NCBI GenBank assembly: GCA_963727805.1
Contig: CAVSHF010000005.1
Span: forward strand, 896,001 to 960,000
Origin: an uncultured Nitrospiraceae bacterium
GTDB taxonomy: Bacteria; Nitrospirota; Thermodesulfovibrionia; Thermodesulfovibrionales; Dissulfurispiraceae
Direction of reading: 5' to 3'
Length of the DNA stretch: 64,000 nt
This document shows positions 20,658 through 29,501 of the stretch, piece after piece. Below the pieces are notes generated by a model, which did not search any database, had not been told where the DNA came from, and saw only the letters and a list, made by a program, of their open reading frames with translations. Position numbers and translations under genes: made by a program. Within the stretch, counting starts at the first letter, position 1; every line of letters starts with the position of its first letter.

Positions 20658-22790
20658 ATGGCCTATGAGTTGAAACATACGACGAACAAGAAGGTATCGA
20701 AAGGGTCATTTTATCCCCTCGGCGCAACACTCCACCCGGACGGAGTCAATTTCACCCTGTATTCCCAGAATGCGCGCGAGGTTTTTTTGCTCCTTTTCGA
20801 CAAGCTGGATACTGACCCTTCGGATATCATCAAGCTCGAAAACAGGACCAAATATATCTGGCACGCTTTTGTGCAGGGATTGAAAGCAGGACAATTATAT
20901 GGCTTCAAGGTCAGAGGCGATTTCAATCCTTCCCGCGGGATGAGATTCAACGAACACAAAGTCCTTATTGATCCCTACTGCAAGGCCCTTACCGGCAAGT
21001 TCATCAATACCGACAATCTTCTCCTCGCATATGATACAAATTCCTCAGCCAGGGACCTTTCGCTCGCCGCACATGACAACACAAGCATAGTGCCGAAATC
21101 GATCGTCATCGATGACGGTTTCGACTGGCAGGCAGACTCCCCATCCCATATCCCGCTCGAAAAATTGATCATTTACGAAGTCCACCTCAAGGGATTTACT
21201 GCTCATCCATCATCGGGAGTAAGCAAACCCGGCACTTATTTAGGGTTCGTTGAGAAGATCCCGTATTTGAGAGATCTAGGGATCAATGCCGTCGAACTGC
21301 TCCCCATCCATGAGTTTTATGTCGATGATTTTCTGCTGAATAAGGGTCTCACAAACTATTGGGGATACAACACCATCGGATTCTTTGCTCCCGAATCCTC
21401 ATATTCGTCCCAGCACTATCCCGGCTGCCAGGTCGAAGAGTTCAAAACGCTGGTGCGCGAACTGCACAAGGCTGGGATCGAAGTGATTCTCGATGTCGTC
21501 TTCAACCACACCGGCGAAGGGAATGAACTTGGCCCGACGATGTGCTTTAGGGGTATCGATAATCCCACCTATTATTCTCTCACCGGGACTCCCTCTGATC
21601 CGTTTCGTTATTACATAAACTATACGGGATGCGGCAATAGCGTGAAATTTGAAAACAGCCAGGTGATACGCTTCACACTCGACTCTCTCAGGTATTGGGT
21701 CGAGACGATGCATGTGGACGGTTTCAGGTTCGACCTCGCCTCTGTGCTCGGGAGGGAATACGGCGGGTTCAGGACCTCGTCATGCTTCTTCGATGCGATT
21801 TCTCAAGACCCCGTTCTCTGCCGGTCTAAGCTTATTGCCGAACCATGGGATCTCGGCACCTATCAGGTCGGCAACTTCCCTGTCGACTGGTCAGAGTGGA
21901 ACGGCAGGTTCAGGGACACGATTAGGAAATTCGGTAAAGGCGATGCCGGTCAGTTAAGAGACCTGGGCTGGAGGCTCACCGGTTCTGCAGACTTGTATGC
22001 TGACGACGGCAGGTCGGCATACAATAGCGTTAATTTCATCACCTGCCACGATGGGTTTACCTTGAACGACCTCGTTTCATATAACTACAAACACAATAAT
22101 GCGAACCTCGAAAATAATAATGACGGGACTGATGATAATAACTCATGGAATTGCGGCGCAGAAGGCGAAAGCGACGATCCAAACATCATCGCCCTCCGCA
22201 AGCAGCTCATAAAGAATTTCGCCTGTTGTCTCCTTTTTCCAGCTGGCACCCCCATGCTGCTCGGTGGCGACGAGTTCATGCGGTCCCAAGAAGGCAATAA
22301 CAATGCATACTGCCAGGACAATGCCATAAGTTGGTTCGATTGGTCCAACCTGGAAAAGCACTCAGATATTTTTGTCTTTTTCAGGAAGGCCATCGCATTT
22401 ACCAGGAAATACACCGTCCTTCAGAACAGGAAATTCCTTGCTGGTGTCGATGAAGACGGCAACAAAATACCCGACATCTCATGGTTTGGCCCTAACAGTG
22501 GCAGAGCAGAGTGGGAGGATCCAGAGATGCGCGTCCTCTGTTATATGCTCGACGGAGCAGAGGAGGATTCCGAATTGGGCAACTATCAGCTCTATCTGAT
22601 CCTGAATGCGGACTACAACGCGCACAGCGTGAGCCTGCCGCACCTTGACGGCGAGAGGTGGTGCAGGGTAGTAGACACAAGCCTGGGCGCCGGAGAGGAT
22701 TTCCTTGATGGCGGAAAAGAAATTGAACTCGATCCACCGGATGTCTACATTGCCAATCCGCGAAGCACAGTCGTTCTGCTTGGAAGATAA
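20658..22790 (+). CDS. glgX: Glycogen debranching enzyme
   Basis: YPLGAT, IYEVH.KGF, NYWGY, DVVFNH, DGFRFDL, AEPWD, HDGFTL.D. Confidence 0.95.
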   Translation: MAYELKHTTNKKVSKGSFYPLGATLHPDGVNFTLYSQNAREVFLLLFDKLDTDPSDIIKLENRTKYIWHAFVQGLKAGQLYGFKVRGDFNPSRGMRFNEHKVLIDPYCKALTGKFINTDNLLLAYDTNSSARDLSLAAHDNTSIVPKSIVIDDGFDWQADSPSHIPLEKLIIYEVHLKGFTAHPSSGVSKPGTYLGFVEKIPYLRDLGINAVELLPIHEFYVDDFLLNKGLTNYWGYNTIGFFAPESSYSSQHYPGCQVEEFKTLVRELHKAGIEVILDVVFNHTGEGNELGPTMCFRGIDNPTYYSLTGTPSDPFRYYINYTGCGNSVKFENSQVIRFTLDSLRYWVETMHVDGFRFDLASVLGREYGGFRTSSCFFDAISQDPVLCRSKLIAEPWDLGTYQVGNFPVDWSEWNGRFRDTIRKFGKGDAGQLRDLGWRLTGSADLYADDGRSAYNSVNFITCHDGFTLNDLVSYNYKHNNANLENNNDGTDDNNSWNCGAEGESDDPNIIALRKQLIKNFACCLLFPAGTPMLLGGDEFMRSQEGNNNAYCQDNAISWFDWSNLEKHSDIFVFFRKAIAFTRKYTVLQNRKFLAGVDEDGNKIPDISWFGPNSGRAEWEDPEMRVLCYMLDGAEEDSELGNYQLYLILNADYNAHSVSLPHLDGERWCRVVDTSLGAGEDFLDGGKEIELDPPDVYIANPRSTVVLLGR

Positions 22791-22889
22791 AGTCGGCAAA
22801 TAGTGATGTGGAATTAGAGACCTCGGATGGTAATCTCCTTGCTACAATCCTGTCGCCTCTGCCAAAATATTAAAATGCTAGGGATTGAG

Positions 22890-23951
22890 ATGAACAAGAA
22901 CGTCATCATTGGCATGAGCGGAGGTGTCGATTCCTCTGTCACTGCTTATCTGCTGAAGGAGCAGGGATACGAAGTCGAAGGTGTGAGCCTGATACTTTTC
23001 GACTCCCGATCACGTAAGGCATTGGGCCATGCACCCTGCTCGATCGAATCTGTCGCGGATGCCAGGATTACTGCCCAGGCAATTGGGATCCGGCACAGCC
23101 ATGCCGATATGCGAGATTTATTTGCGGAGAAGGTCATCAAGCCCTTTATCGATACCTATGCAAAAGGCTCAACACCTAACCCCTGCATACTCTGCAACAG
23201 ATACATCAAATTCCTTTCGCTTATCAAGGCCGCTGATGAGCGGGGATTCAGTTTCATCTCGACCGGCCATTACGCTAGAGTATTGCAGACCGACACAGGA
23301 CCGCGCTTACGGCGAGGAATGGATCCAAGTAAAGACCAGTCCTATGTTCTTCATTATCTTAGCAAGGACATACTCAGTCGCCTCATATTGCCGCTCGGTG
23401 AAAAAACGAAACCTGAGGTTCGCACGATCGCTCAGACCCTCAACCTGCCATCCGCAAAGAGGCCTGAGAGTCAAGAGATATGCTTTCTTGAAGAAAGGCA
23501 TTATGTTGCTTTCATGGAACATCTTAACAAGGATGCGCAAGGGCAGGTTGTCGATATCAAATCAGAAAAGGTAATCGGCAGCCACAGGGGAATTCACCTT
23601 TTTACCATCGGACAGCGGAAAAGGCTACCTGCAACCGGAAGGCCGATGTACGTTGTTAAGATTGATCCCTTGAAAAACTCCGTTTATATCGGCCCGCGTG
23701 AGATGGCGCTGATGAGAGAGTTTATAGTGCGCGATGTGAATTGGCTGATATCCCCCGACAAGGGTCATCTCCGCGCCACAGTGAAAGTGCGCTCGACAAT
23801 GACGGACGAACCCGCTTCACTAAAGATATTAGATGACGGCACTGTCAGCGTCGCCTATGATGAGCCTCAGTGGGCACCCGCTCCGGGACAGAGCGCCGTT
23901 TTTTATCAGGGCGATAACGTTTTAGGCGGTGGCCCGATTGTCCCCTTCTAG
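22890..23951 (+). CDS. mnmA: tRNA 2-thiouridylase
   Basis: MSGGVDSS, TPNPCILCN, TGHY, KDQSY, SQEICF, TIGQRK, PGQSAV. Confidence 0.95.
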   Translation: MNKNVIIGMSGGVDSSVTAYLLKEQGYEVEGVSLILFDSRSRKALGHAPCSIESVADARITAQAIGIRHSHADMRDLFAEKVIKPFIDTYAKGSTPNPCILCNRYIKFLSLIKAADERGFSFISTGHYARVLQTDTGPRLRRGMDPSKDQSYVLHYLSKDILSRLILPLGEKTKPEVRTIAQTLNLPSAKRPESQEICFLEERHYVAFMEHLNKDAQGQVVDIKSEKVIGSHRGIHLFTIGQRKRLPATGRPMYVVKIDPLKNSVYIGPREMALMREFIVRDVNWLISPDKGHLRATVKVRSTMTDEPASLKILDDGTVSVAYDEPQWAPAPGQSAVFYQGDNVLGGGPIVPF

Positions 23952-24417
23952 GACTCCCCCCCTATAGAGCACATTTATGTCATTGTTTTTTAGAGCATTC
24001 GGATTGTCGTGTTAACGACTCAACCTTTCGCTGGCCGGATATATCTTTCATCCATCGAGGAAATCGCCACTATAGTTGCTGCTTAGTGGGCGGAGGATGT
24101 CATACAGTCTGTCAATCTCATTTGAAAGCGAACGCGTCAAATTGTCCCTTGCACAAATCTGAAATTGTGGATTACAATATCCGCGGGATATGAGTCATTA
24201 ATCTTACGGGCGTGTAACATACTATTAACATGGAAACGTCCCTCTCTGCAGGACGGACAAAGTTAAAAGGTTGGGATGGCGAAAAGCCGGCGATTATACT
24301 CACATGAAGCAGCCACATTGATTTCACTGGATTCTTTCTGTCCGAAGTCGTCACACTTATCGCTTCCTATTGACAAAATCATATTTTTAAAAACTATCAA
24401 CCCGCGAGGAGATAATT

Positions 24418-25023
24418 ATGCCATCGCAGACTCTCACTGTTGAGACTGAAGTAGCCGGTTCACTGGCGCAGGAAGTGGCCAAACGTTCAGGCCAGAACCT
24501 CAATGCCTGTTACCAGTGCCGTCGGTGCGCCGCAGGATGCCCTGTTGGCGACGATACTGGGGTCACACCAGACCGCCTGATCAGAATGGTCGTTTTGGGT
24601 GACAGGGAGGCGGCCCTCAATAACCTTCTTGTCTGGAAATGCGTAGCATGCTATACCTGCGGTACCCGCTGCCCGAACAGCATCCATACGGCCAGGATCA
24701 CCGAAACCCTAAAACAGATGATCAAGGAACAGCACCTGCAACCGATGGTTCCGAAGGTGGCGAACTTCCACAGCGCCTTTCTGGCCTCAACCTCCCACTT
24801 CGGCAGGGTAAACGAGATGGAGTTTATGGGTATCTATGATTTTAAAACTGCCATAAACGAGCTTACAAAAGGTGGGGGAATAAAGGCGTTTATCACTGAC
24901 CTGAAGAACCAGATGCAACTCGGCAAGGCGATGATGAAGCTCAAGAGGTTTCATATCGGCTTAGAAAAGATAAAAGGCCTTGCTGAAGTAAAACGCCTGT
25001 ACAACAAAGCGAAGGGCAAATAG
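24418..25023 (+). CDS. hdrC: Heterodisulfide reductase subunit C-like (copy 1)
   Basis: CYQCRRCAAGCP and WKCVACYTCGTRCP 2x[4Fe-4S] motifs. Confidence 0.9.
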   Translation: MPSQTLTVETEVAGSLAQEVAKRSGQNLNACYQCRRCAAGCPVGDDTGVTPDRLIRMVVLGDREAALNNLLVWKCVACYTCGTRCPNSIHTARITETLKQMIKEQHLQPMVPKVANFHSAFLASTSHFGRVNEMEFMGIYDFKTAINELTKGGGIKAFITDLKNQMQLGKAMMKLKRFHIGLEKIKGLAEVKRLYNKAKGK

Positions 25024-25083
25024 ATGTTGTATTCAAAGACTTTGGGGGCGGCTCCGGCTGCCTTAACTACGAGGTAAAATAAA

Positions 25084-25959
25084 ATGGAAATGGCCTATTA
25101 TCCGGGATGTTCGCTTCATGCCTCCACTGCGCTCTATGATATCCAGTGCAAGGAAGTGCTGGGCAAGCTTGATGTGGATCTCAGAGAGATCAAAGACTGG
25201 AACTGCTGCGGCGCCACTTCTGCGGCAAAGACAAATGACTTTCTGGCGATAGCCCTGCCGGCCCGCAATCTGGGGATTGCCGAGTCAAGCGGTTATGCCG
25301 AGATGATGATTCCCTGCGCCTCCTGTTACAGCCGCACTCTCATCGCGCAGAAGACGCTCGAGAGCGACAAGGACCTGAGGGACAAGATCAACGCCGAGCT
25401 TTCCGAAAAAATCAAGGGGAAGATCAAACTGCTGTCTATCCTCGACCTGCTGGTCAAGAAGTCGAAATCCGGGGAGATTGCGGCAAAGGCGACAAAAAAG
25501 CTTACCGGCCTGAAGCCGGCATGCTATTACGGCTGTCTCCAGACCCGGTACCCCATGGACGTTGAGTTTTCCGACAGCATCGAAAACCCTCAAGGCATGG
25601 AGACGGTATGCAAGGCCTTGGGAGCAGAGGCCCTCGACTGGGGCTATAAAACCGACTGCTGCGGCGCTTCAGCCTCGGTCAATGATACCGACCTGTCTAT
25701 CAAACTCATGTCCAATATCATGAAGGACGCTGTGGGCCGCGGGGCGAACTGCTTCGTCACCACATGCCCTATGTGCCAGTTGAATATGGATGCCTATCAG
25801 GAGAAGGCCGGTGAAAAGTACGGCATCAGTGCAAGGCTGCCTGTCTATTTTATTACCGAGCTGATCGGGGTCTCGATGGGCATCGGGGCCCTCGAGCTGC
25901 AGCTTGACAGGCATTTCATAGAAGCAATAGGACTTTTGAAAGGATTGGAATTGCTATAA
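25084..25959 (+). CDS. hdrB: Heterodisulfide reductase subunit B-like (copy 1)
   Basis: Two CCG domains: YYPGC...NCCGA...PCASC and YYGC...DCCGA...TCPMCQ. Confidence 0.9.
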   Translation: MEMAYYPGCSLHASTALYDIQCKEVLGKLDVDLREIKDWNCCGATSAAKTNDFLAIALPARNLGIAESSGYAEMMIPCASCYSRTLIAQKTLESDKDLRDKINAELSEKIKGKIKLLSILDLLVKKSKSGEIAAKATKKLTGLKPACYYGCLQTRYPMDVEFSDSIENPQGMETVCKALGAEALDWGYKTDCCGASASVNDTDLSIKLMSNIMKDAVGRGANCFVTTCPMCQLNMDAYQEKAGEKYGISARLPVYFITELIGVSMGIGALELQLDRHFIEAIGLLKGLELL

Positions 25960-25982
25960 ACGACTCTAACTGCTTCCACTGA

Positions 25983-26010
25983 GAGAATCCGGGTTAAAGC
26001 CCGGATTCTC
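25983..26010. terminator. Strong hairpin closing hdrCB copy 1 (possibly bidirectional)
   Basis: gagaatccggg-ttaaag-cccggattctc, perfect 11-bp stem between convergent genes; the U tract is weak. Confidence 0.6.
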
Positions 26011-26062
26011 TTCAATCAATCGGCAGCGACCCGATAACCCGTCTTAGGAATCTCCGAATGGC

Positions 26063-26464
26063 TCAATACCCCTGCCCCGACCTCGACGCCGGCGGTGTGG
26101 TCACCGTTCGGACCACTGGTTGAATCTCGTACTTATAATTGCAGGTTGCCTGTGTGTTCTGATTGTTTGTCCACATCAAGCAATAGATGTCCTCGTGATC
26201 AGGCACATACGTTCCATCATCCGAATTGACGTTGCGTCTCTCAAGGGGAAAAAAGATCTTGTCGCCGGCATGGTAATGAACATTAAAATCGACAGGCACA
26301 GAAGCAAAAAAGGAATAGATGAACTTCTGGCCGCCCTTGACCGATATACATTCTTCATGTATGCCGCCCGGTTTGATCTGAGTCATGCCACTTTCCTTCA
26401 CAGGCGCTACAGCGCATGAAGCAAGGAGGAGCAACGAAAAAGCAAACATCATCATCCTTATCAT
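26063..26464 (-). CDS. Putative lipoprotein, beta-rich (GOLD-like) domain
   Basis: GAGGTG RBS, lipobox LLLASC, PVDFNVHYH...YCLMWTN. Confidence 0.65.
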   Translation of the reverse strand: MIRMMMFAFSLLLLASCAVAPVKESGMTQIKPGGIHEECISVKGGQKFIYSFFASVPVDFNVHYHAGDKIFFPLERRNVNSDDGTYVPDHEDIYCLMWTNNQNTQATCNYKYEIQPVVRTVTTPPASRSGQGY

Positions 26465-27084
26465 CTTTTTCACCTCATTTTTAAAGATATCGCACCCCGG
26501 TTGCTTGACAACGACCGGATGCCTAAACATACTATATCCGGATTGATGTCATCATGCAAACACGCTAACATCTTGCAATCCTTAATATCATATATCATTG
26601 TTTTTTCTTATTACCTGATAAGCTGATATTGACATAAGTTTGCTCGAATACAGAGTTCCACCGGTTCTAAAACAGCCCTGCACAAGGCATTGAGTCTAAT
26701 GCCCCTGTCCGACGACGTCCGCTCCTCGATATCGTGCAAAAGCGAACGTGTCAAATTGCCCCTTGCACAAATCTGAAATTGTGGATTACAATATTCGCGG
26801 TGCATGGTTCATTAATCTTACAGACGTTGATTTTTGGTAAGGCAATGCCCCGCCAGAACAAGTCGCAAACCAACGGGCGTGTAACATACTATTAACATGG
26901 AAACGTCCCTCTCTGCAGGACGGACAAAGTTAAAAGGTTGGGATGGCGAAAAGCCGGCGATTATACTCACATGAAGCAGCCACATTGATTTCACTGGATT
27001 CTTTCTGTCCGAAGTCGTCACACTTATCGCTTCCTATTGACAAAATCATATTTTTAAAAACTATCAACCCGCGAGGAGATAATT

Positions 27085-27690
27085 ATGCCATCGCAGACTC
27101 TCACTGTTGAGACTGAAGTAGCCGGTTCACTGGCGCAGGAAGTGGCCAAACGTTCAGGCCAGAACCTCAATGCCTGTTACCAGTGCCGTCGGTGCGCCGC
27201 AGGATGCCCTGTTGGCGACGATACTGGGGTCACACCAGACCGCCTGATCAGAATGGTCGTTTTGGGTGACAGGGAGGCGGCCCTCAATAACCTTCTTGTC
27301 TGGAAATGCGTAGCATGCTATACCTGCGGTACCCGCTGCCCGAACAGCATCCATACGGCCAGGATCACCGAAACCCTAAAACAGATGATCAAGGAACAGC
27401 ACCTGCAACCGATGGTTCCGAAGGTGGCGAACTTCCACAGCGCCTTTCTGGCCTCAACCTCCCACTTCGGCAGGGTAAACGAGATGGAGTTTATGGGTAT
27501 CTATGATTTTAAAACTGCCATAAACGAGCTTACAAAAGGTGGGGGAATAAAGGCGTTTATCACTGACCTGAAGAACCAGATGCAACTCGGCAAGGCGATG
27601 ATGAAGCTCAAGAGGTTTCATATCGGCTTAGAAAAGATAAAAGGCCTTGCTGAAGTAAAACGCCTGTACAACAAAGCGAAGGGCAAATAG
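27085..27690 (+). CDS. hdrC: Heterodisulfide reductase subunit C-like (copy 2)
   Basis: Protein identical to copy 1. Confidence 0.9.
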   Translation: MPSQTLTVETEVAGSLAQEVAKRSGQNLNACYQCRRCAAGCPVGDDTGVTPDRLIRMVVLGDREAALNNLLVWKCVACYTCGTRCPNSIHTARITETLKQMIKEQHLQPMVPKVANFHSAFLASTSHFGRVNEMEFMGIYDFKTAINELTKGGGIKAFITDLKNQMQLGKAMMKLKRFHIGLEKIKGLAEVKRLYNKAKGK

Positions 27691-27750
27691 ATGTTGTATT
27701 CAAAGACTTTGGGGGCGGCTCCGGCTGCCTTAACTACGAGGTAAAATAAA

Positions 27751-28626
27751 ATGGAAATGGCCTATTATCCGGGATGTTCGCTTCATGCCTCCACTGCGCT
27801 CTATGATATCCAGTGCAAGGAAGTGCTGGGCAAGCTTGATGTGGATCTCAGAGAGATCAAAGACTGGAACTGCTGCGGCGCCACTTCTGCGGCAAAGACA
27901 AATGACTTTCTGGCGATAGCCCTGCCGGCCCGCAATCTGGGGATTGCCGAGTCAAGCGGTTATGCCGAGATGATGATTCCCTGCGCCTCCTGTTACAGCC
28001 GCACTCTCATCGCGCAGAAGACGCTCGAGAGCGACAAGGACCTGAGGGACAAGATCAACGCCGAGCTTTCCGAAAAAATCAAGGGGAAGATCAAACTGCT
28101 GTCTATCCTCGACCTGCTGGTCAAGAAGTCGAAATCCGGGGAGATTGCGGCAAAGGCGACAAAAAAGCTTACCGGCCTGAAGCCGGCATGCTATTACGGC
28201 TGTCTCCAGACCCGGTACCCCATGGACGTTGAGTTTTCCGACAGCATCGAAAACCCTCAAGGCATGGAGACGGTATGCAAGGCCTTGGGAGCAGAGGCCC
28301 TCGACTGGGGCTATAAAACCGACTGCTGCGGCGCTTCAGCCTCGGTCAATGATACCGACCTGTCTATCAAACTCATGTCCAATATCATGAAGGACGCTGT
28401 GGGCCGCGGGGCGAACTGCTTCGTCACCACATGCCCTATGTGCCAGTTGAATATGGATGCCTATCAGGAGAAGGCCGGTGAAAAGTACGGCATCAGTGCA
28501 AGGCTGCCTGTCTATTTTATTACCGAGCTGATCGGGGTCTCGATGGGCATCGGGGCCCTCGAGCTGCAGCTTGACAGGCATTTCATAGAAGCAATAGGAC
28601 TTTTGAAAGGATTGGAACTGCTATGA
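27751..28626 (+). CDS. hdrB: Heterodisulfide reductase subunit B-like (copy 2)
   Basis: Protein identical to copy 1; ATGA overlap with the next gene. Confidence 0.9.
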   Translation: MEMAYYPGCSLHASTALYDIQCKEVLGKLDVDLREIKDWNCCGATSAAKTNDFLAIALPARNLGIAESSGYAEMMIPCASCYSRTLIAQKTLESDKDLRDKINAELSEKIKGKIKLLSILDLLVKKSKSGEIAAKATKKLTGLKPACYYGCLQTRYPMDVEFSDSIENPQGMETVCKALGAEALDWGYKTDCCGASASVNDTDLSIKLMSNIMKDAVGRGANCFVTTCPMCQLNMDAYQEKAGEKYGISARLPVYFITELIGVSMGIGALELQLDRHFIEAIGLLKGLELL

Positions 28627-29501
28627 GCGACTCTACTGCTTCCACTAAAAAAGGATCGGTTCTTATCGTCGGCGGCGGAATTGGAGGCATGCAGGCATCG
28701 CTTGACCTTGCTGACAGTGGGTTCAAGGTGCACATGGTCCAGAAAGATTCTTCCATTGGCGGCGTCATGTCGATGCTTGACAAGACTTTCCCCACAGGTG
28801 ACTGTGCCATGTGCATGATATCTCCCAAGATGGTCGATGTAGGCCGTCACATGAATATAGATATCCACTCCTGTTCTGAGATTGTAGCATTGAAGGGCGA
28901 TGCCGGCGAATTTACCGCCACAATCAGGAAGAAGGCACGCTCAGTGGATAAGACAAAGTGTACGGGCTGCGGCGAGTGCACGCGGAACTGCCCTGTGAGA
29001 AACGTCATACAGATTCCGGATCACGTTCCCCCTCCTCCGCTCAAAGAGGAATGGCAGCAAGTACTCAACGAAACTGTTGCTGCTTATGAGGATGCCCCAA
29101 GAGCGCTTATCTCCATTCTTCAGGACATAAATCATAAGCTAAAGTACCTGCCGCTCCCCATGATCGGCAATCTCGCCCATCGGCTGGGGATCCCAGAGTC
29201 GCACATCCTTTCTGTCGCGACTTTCTACAATGCATTCAGCTTAGTTCCTGTCGGGCGACACATCATCGAGGTCTGTTCAGGAACGGCCTGCCACGTCAAA
29301 GGGTCGAAACGCCTTATTGATCGACTGAGTGAGTCACTGCAAGTTGCTCCCGGGCAGACCACCAAGGATGATCGTTTTACGCTGCGTACTGTCAACTGTA
29401 TCGGCTGCTGCGCCCTCGCACCCGCAATGCGCATGGACGGAGAGGTCTACGGATACGTGAAGATCTCGGAGCTGCCAAAGATACTGAAAGATCATGCATG
29501 A
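28623..29501 (+). CDS. Fusion: HdrA N-terminal FAD/ferredoxin half + NuoE/HydC-like [2Fe-2S] domain
   Basis: VLIVGGGIGG...LDKTFPTGDCAMC.ISPK...KCTGCGECTRNCP (HdrA), then LISILQD...VATFY..F...VCSGTACHVKG...CIGCCALAP (NuoE). Confidence 0.88.
   Translation: MSDSTASTKKGSVLIVGGGIGGMQASLDLADSGFKVHMVQKDSSIGGVMSMLDKTFPTGDCAMCMISPKMVDVGRHMNIDIHSCSEIVALKGDAGEFTATIRKKARSVDKTKCTGCGECTRNCPVRNVIQIPDHVPPPPLKEEWQQVLNETVAAYEDAPRALISILQDINHKLKYLPLPMIGNLAHRLGIPESHILSVATFYNAFSLVPVGRHIIEVCSGTACHVKGSKRLIDRLSESLQVAPGQTTKDDRFTLRTVNCIGCCALAPAMRMDGEVYGYVKISELPKILKDHA

Larger units (their letters stand above)
24125..25980 (+). repeat. Direct repeat copy 1 of the hdrCB region (copy 2 at 26739-28646)
   Basis: 24206-25950 appears identical to 26873-28617 (offset 2667; off-frame ORFs are also identical); the flanks are homologous but diverged. 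Confidence 0.95.
26739..28646 (+). repeat. Direct repeat copy 2 of the hdrCB region
   Basis: Matches copy 1, with a 53-bp extra segment in the leader (~26821-26873). Confidence 0.95.

Noticed and set aside
24215..24290. Fragmentary resemblance to c-di-GMP-I/GEMM or THF riboswitch motifs (GGACGGA..AAG, GGGATGGCGAAA)
   Set aside because: The required paired stems and tetraloop/receptor could not be built by eye; kept only as a generic leader finding.
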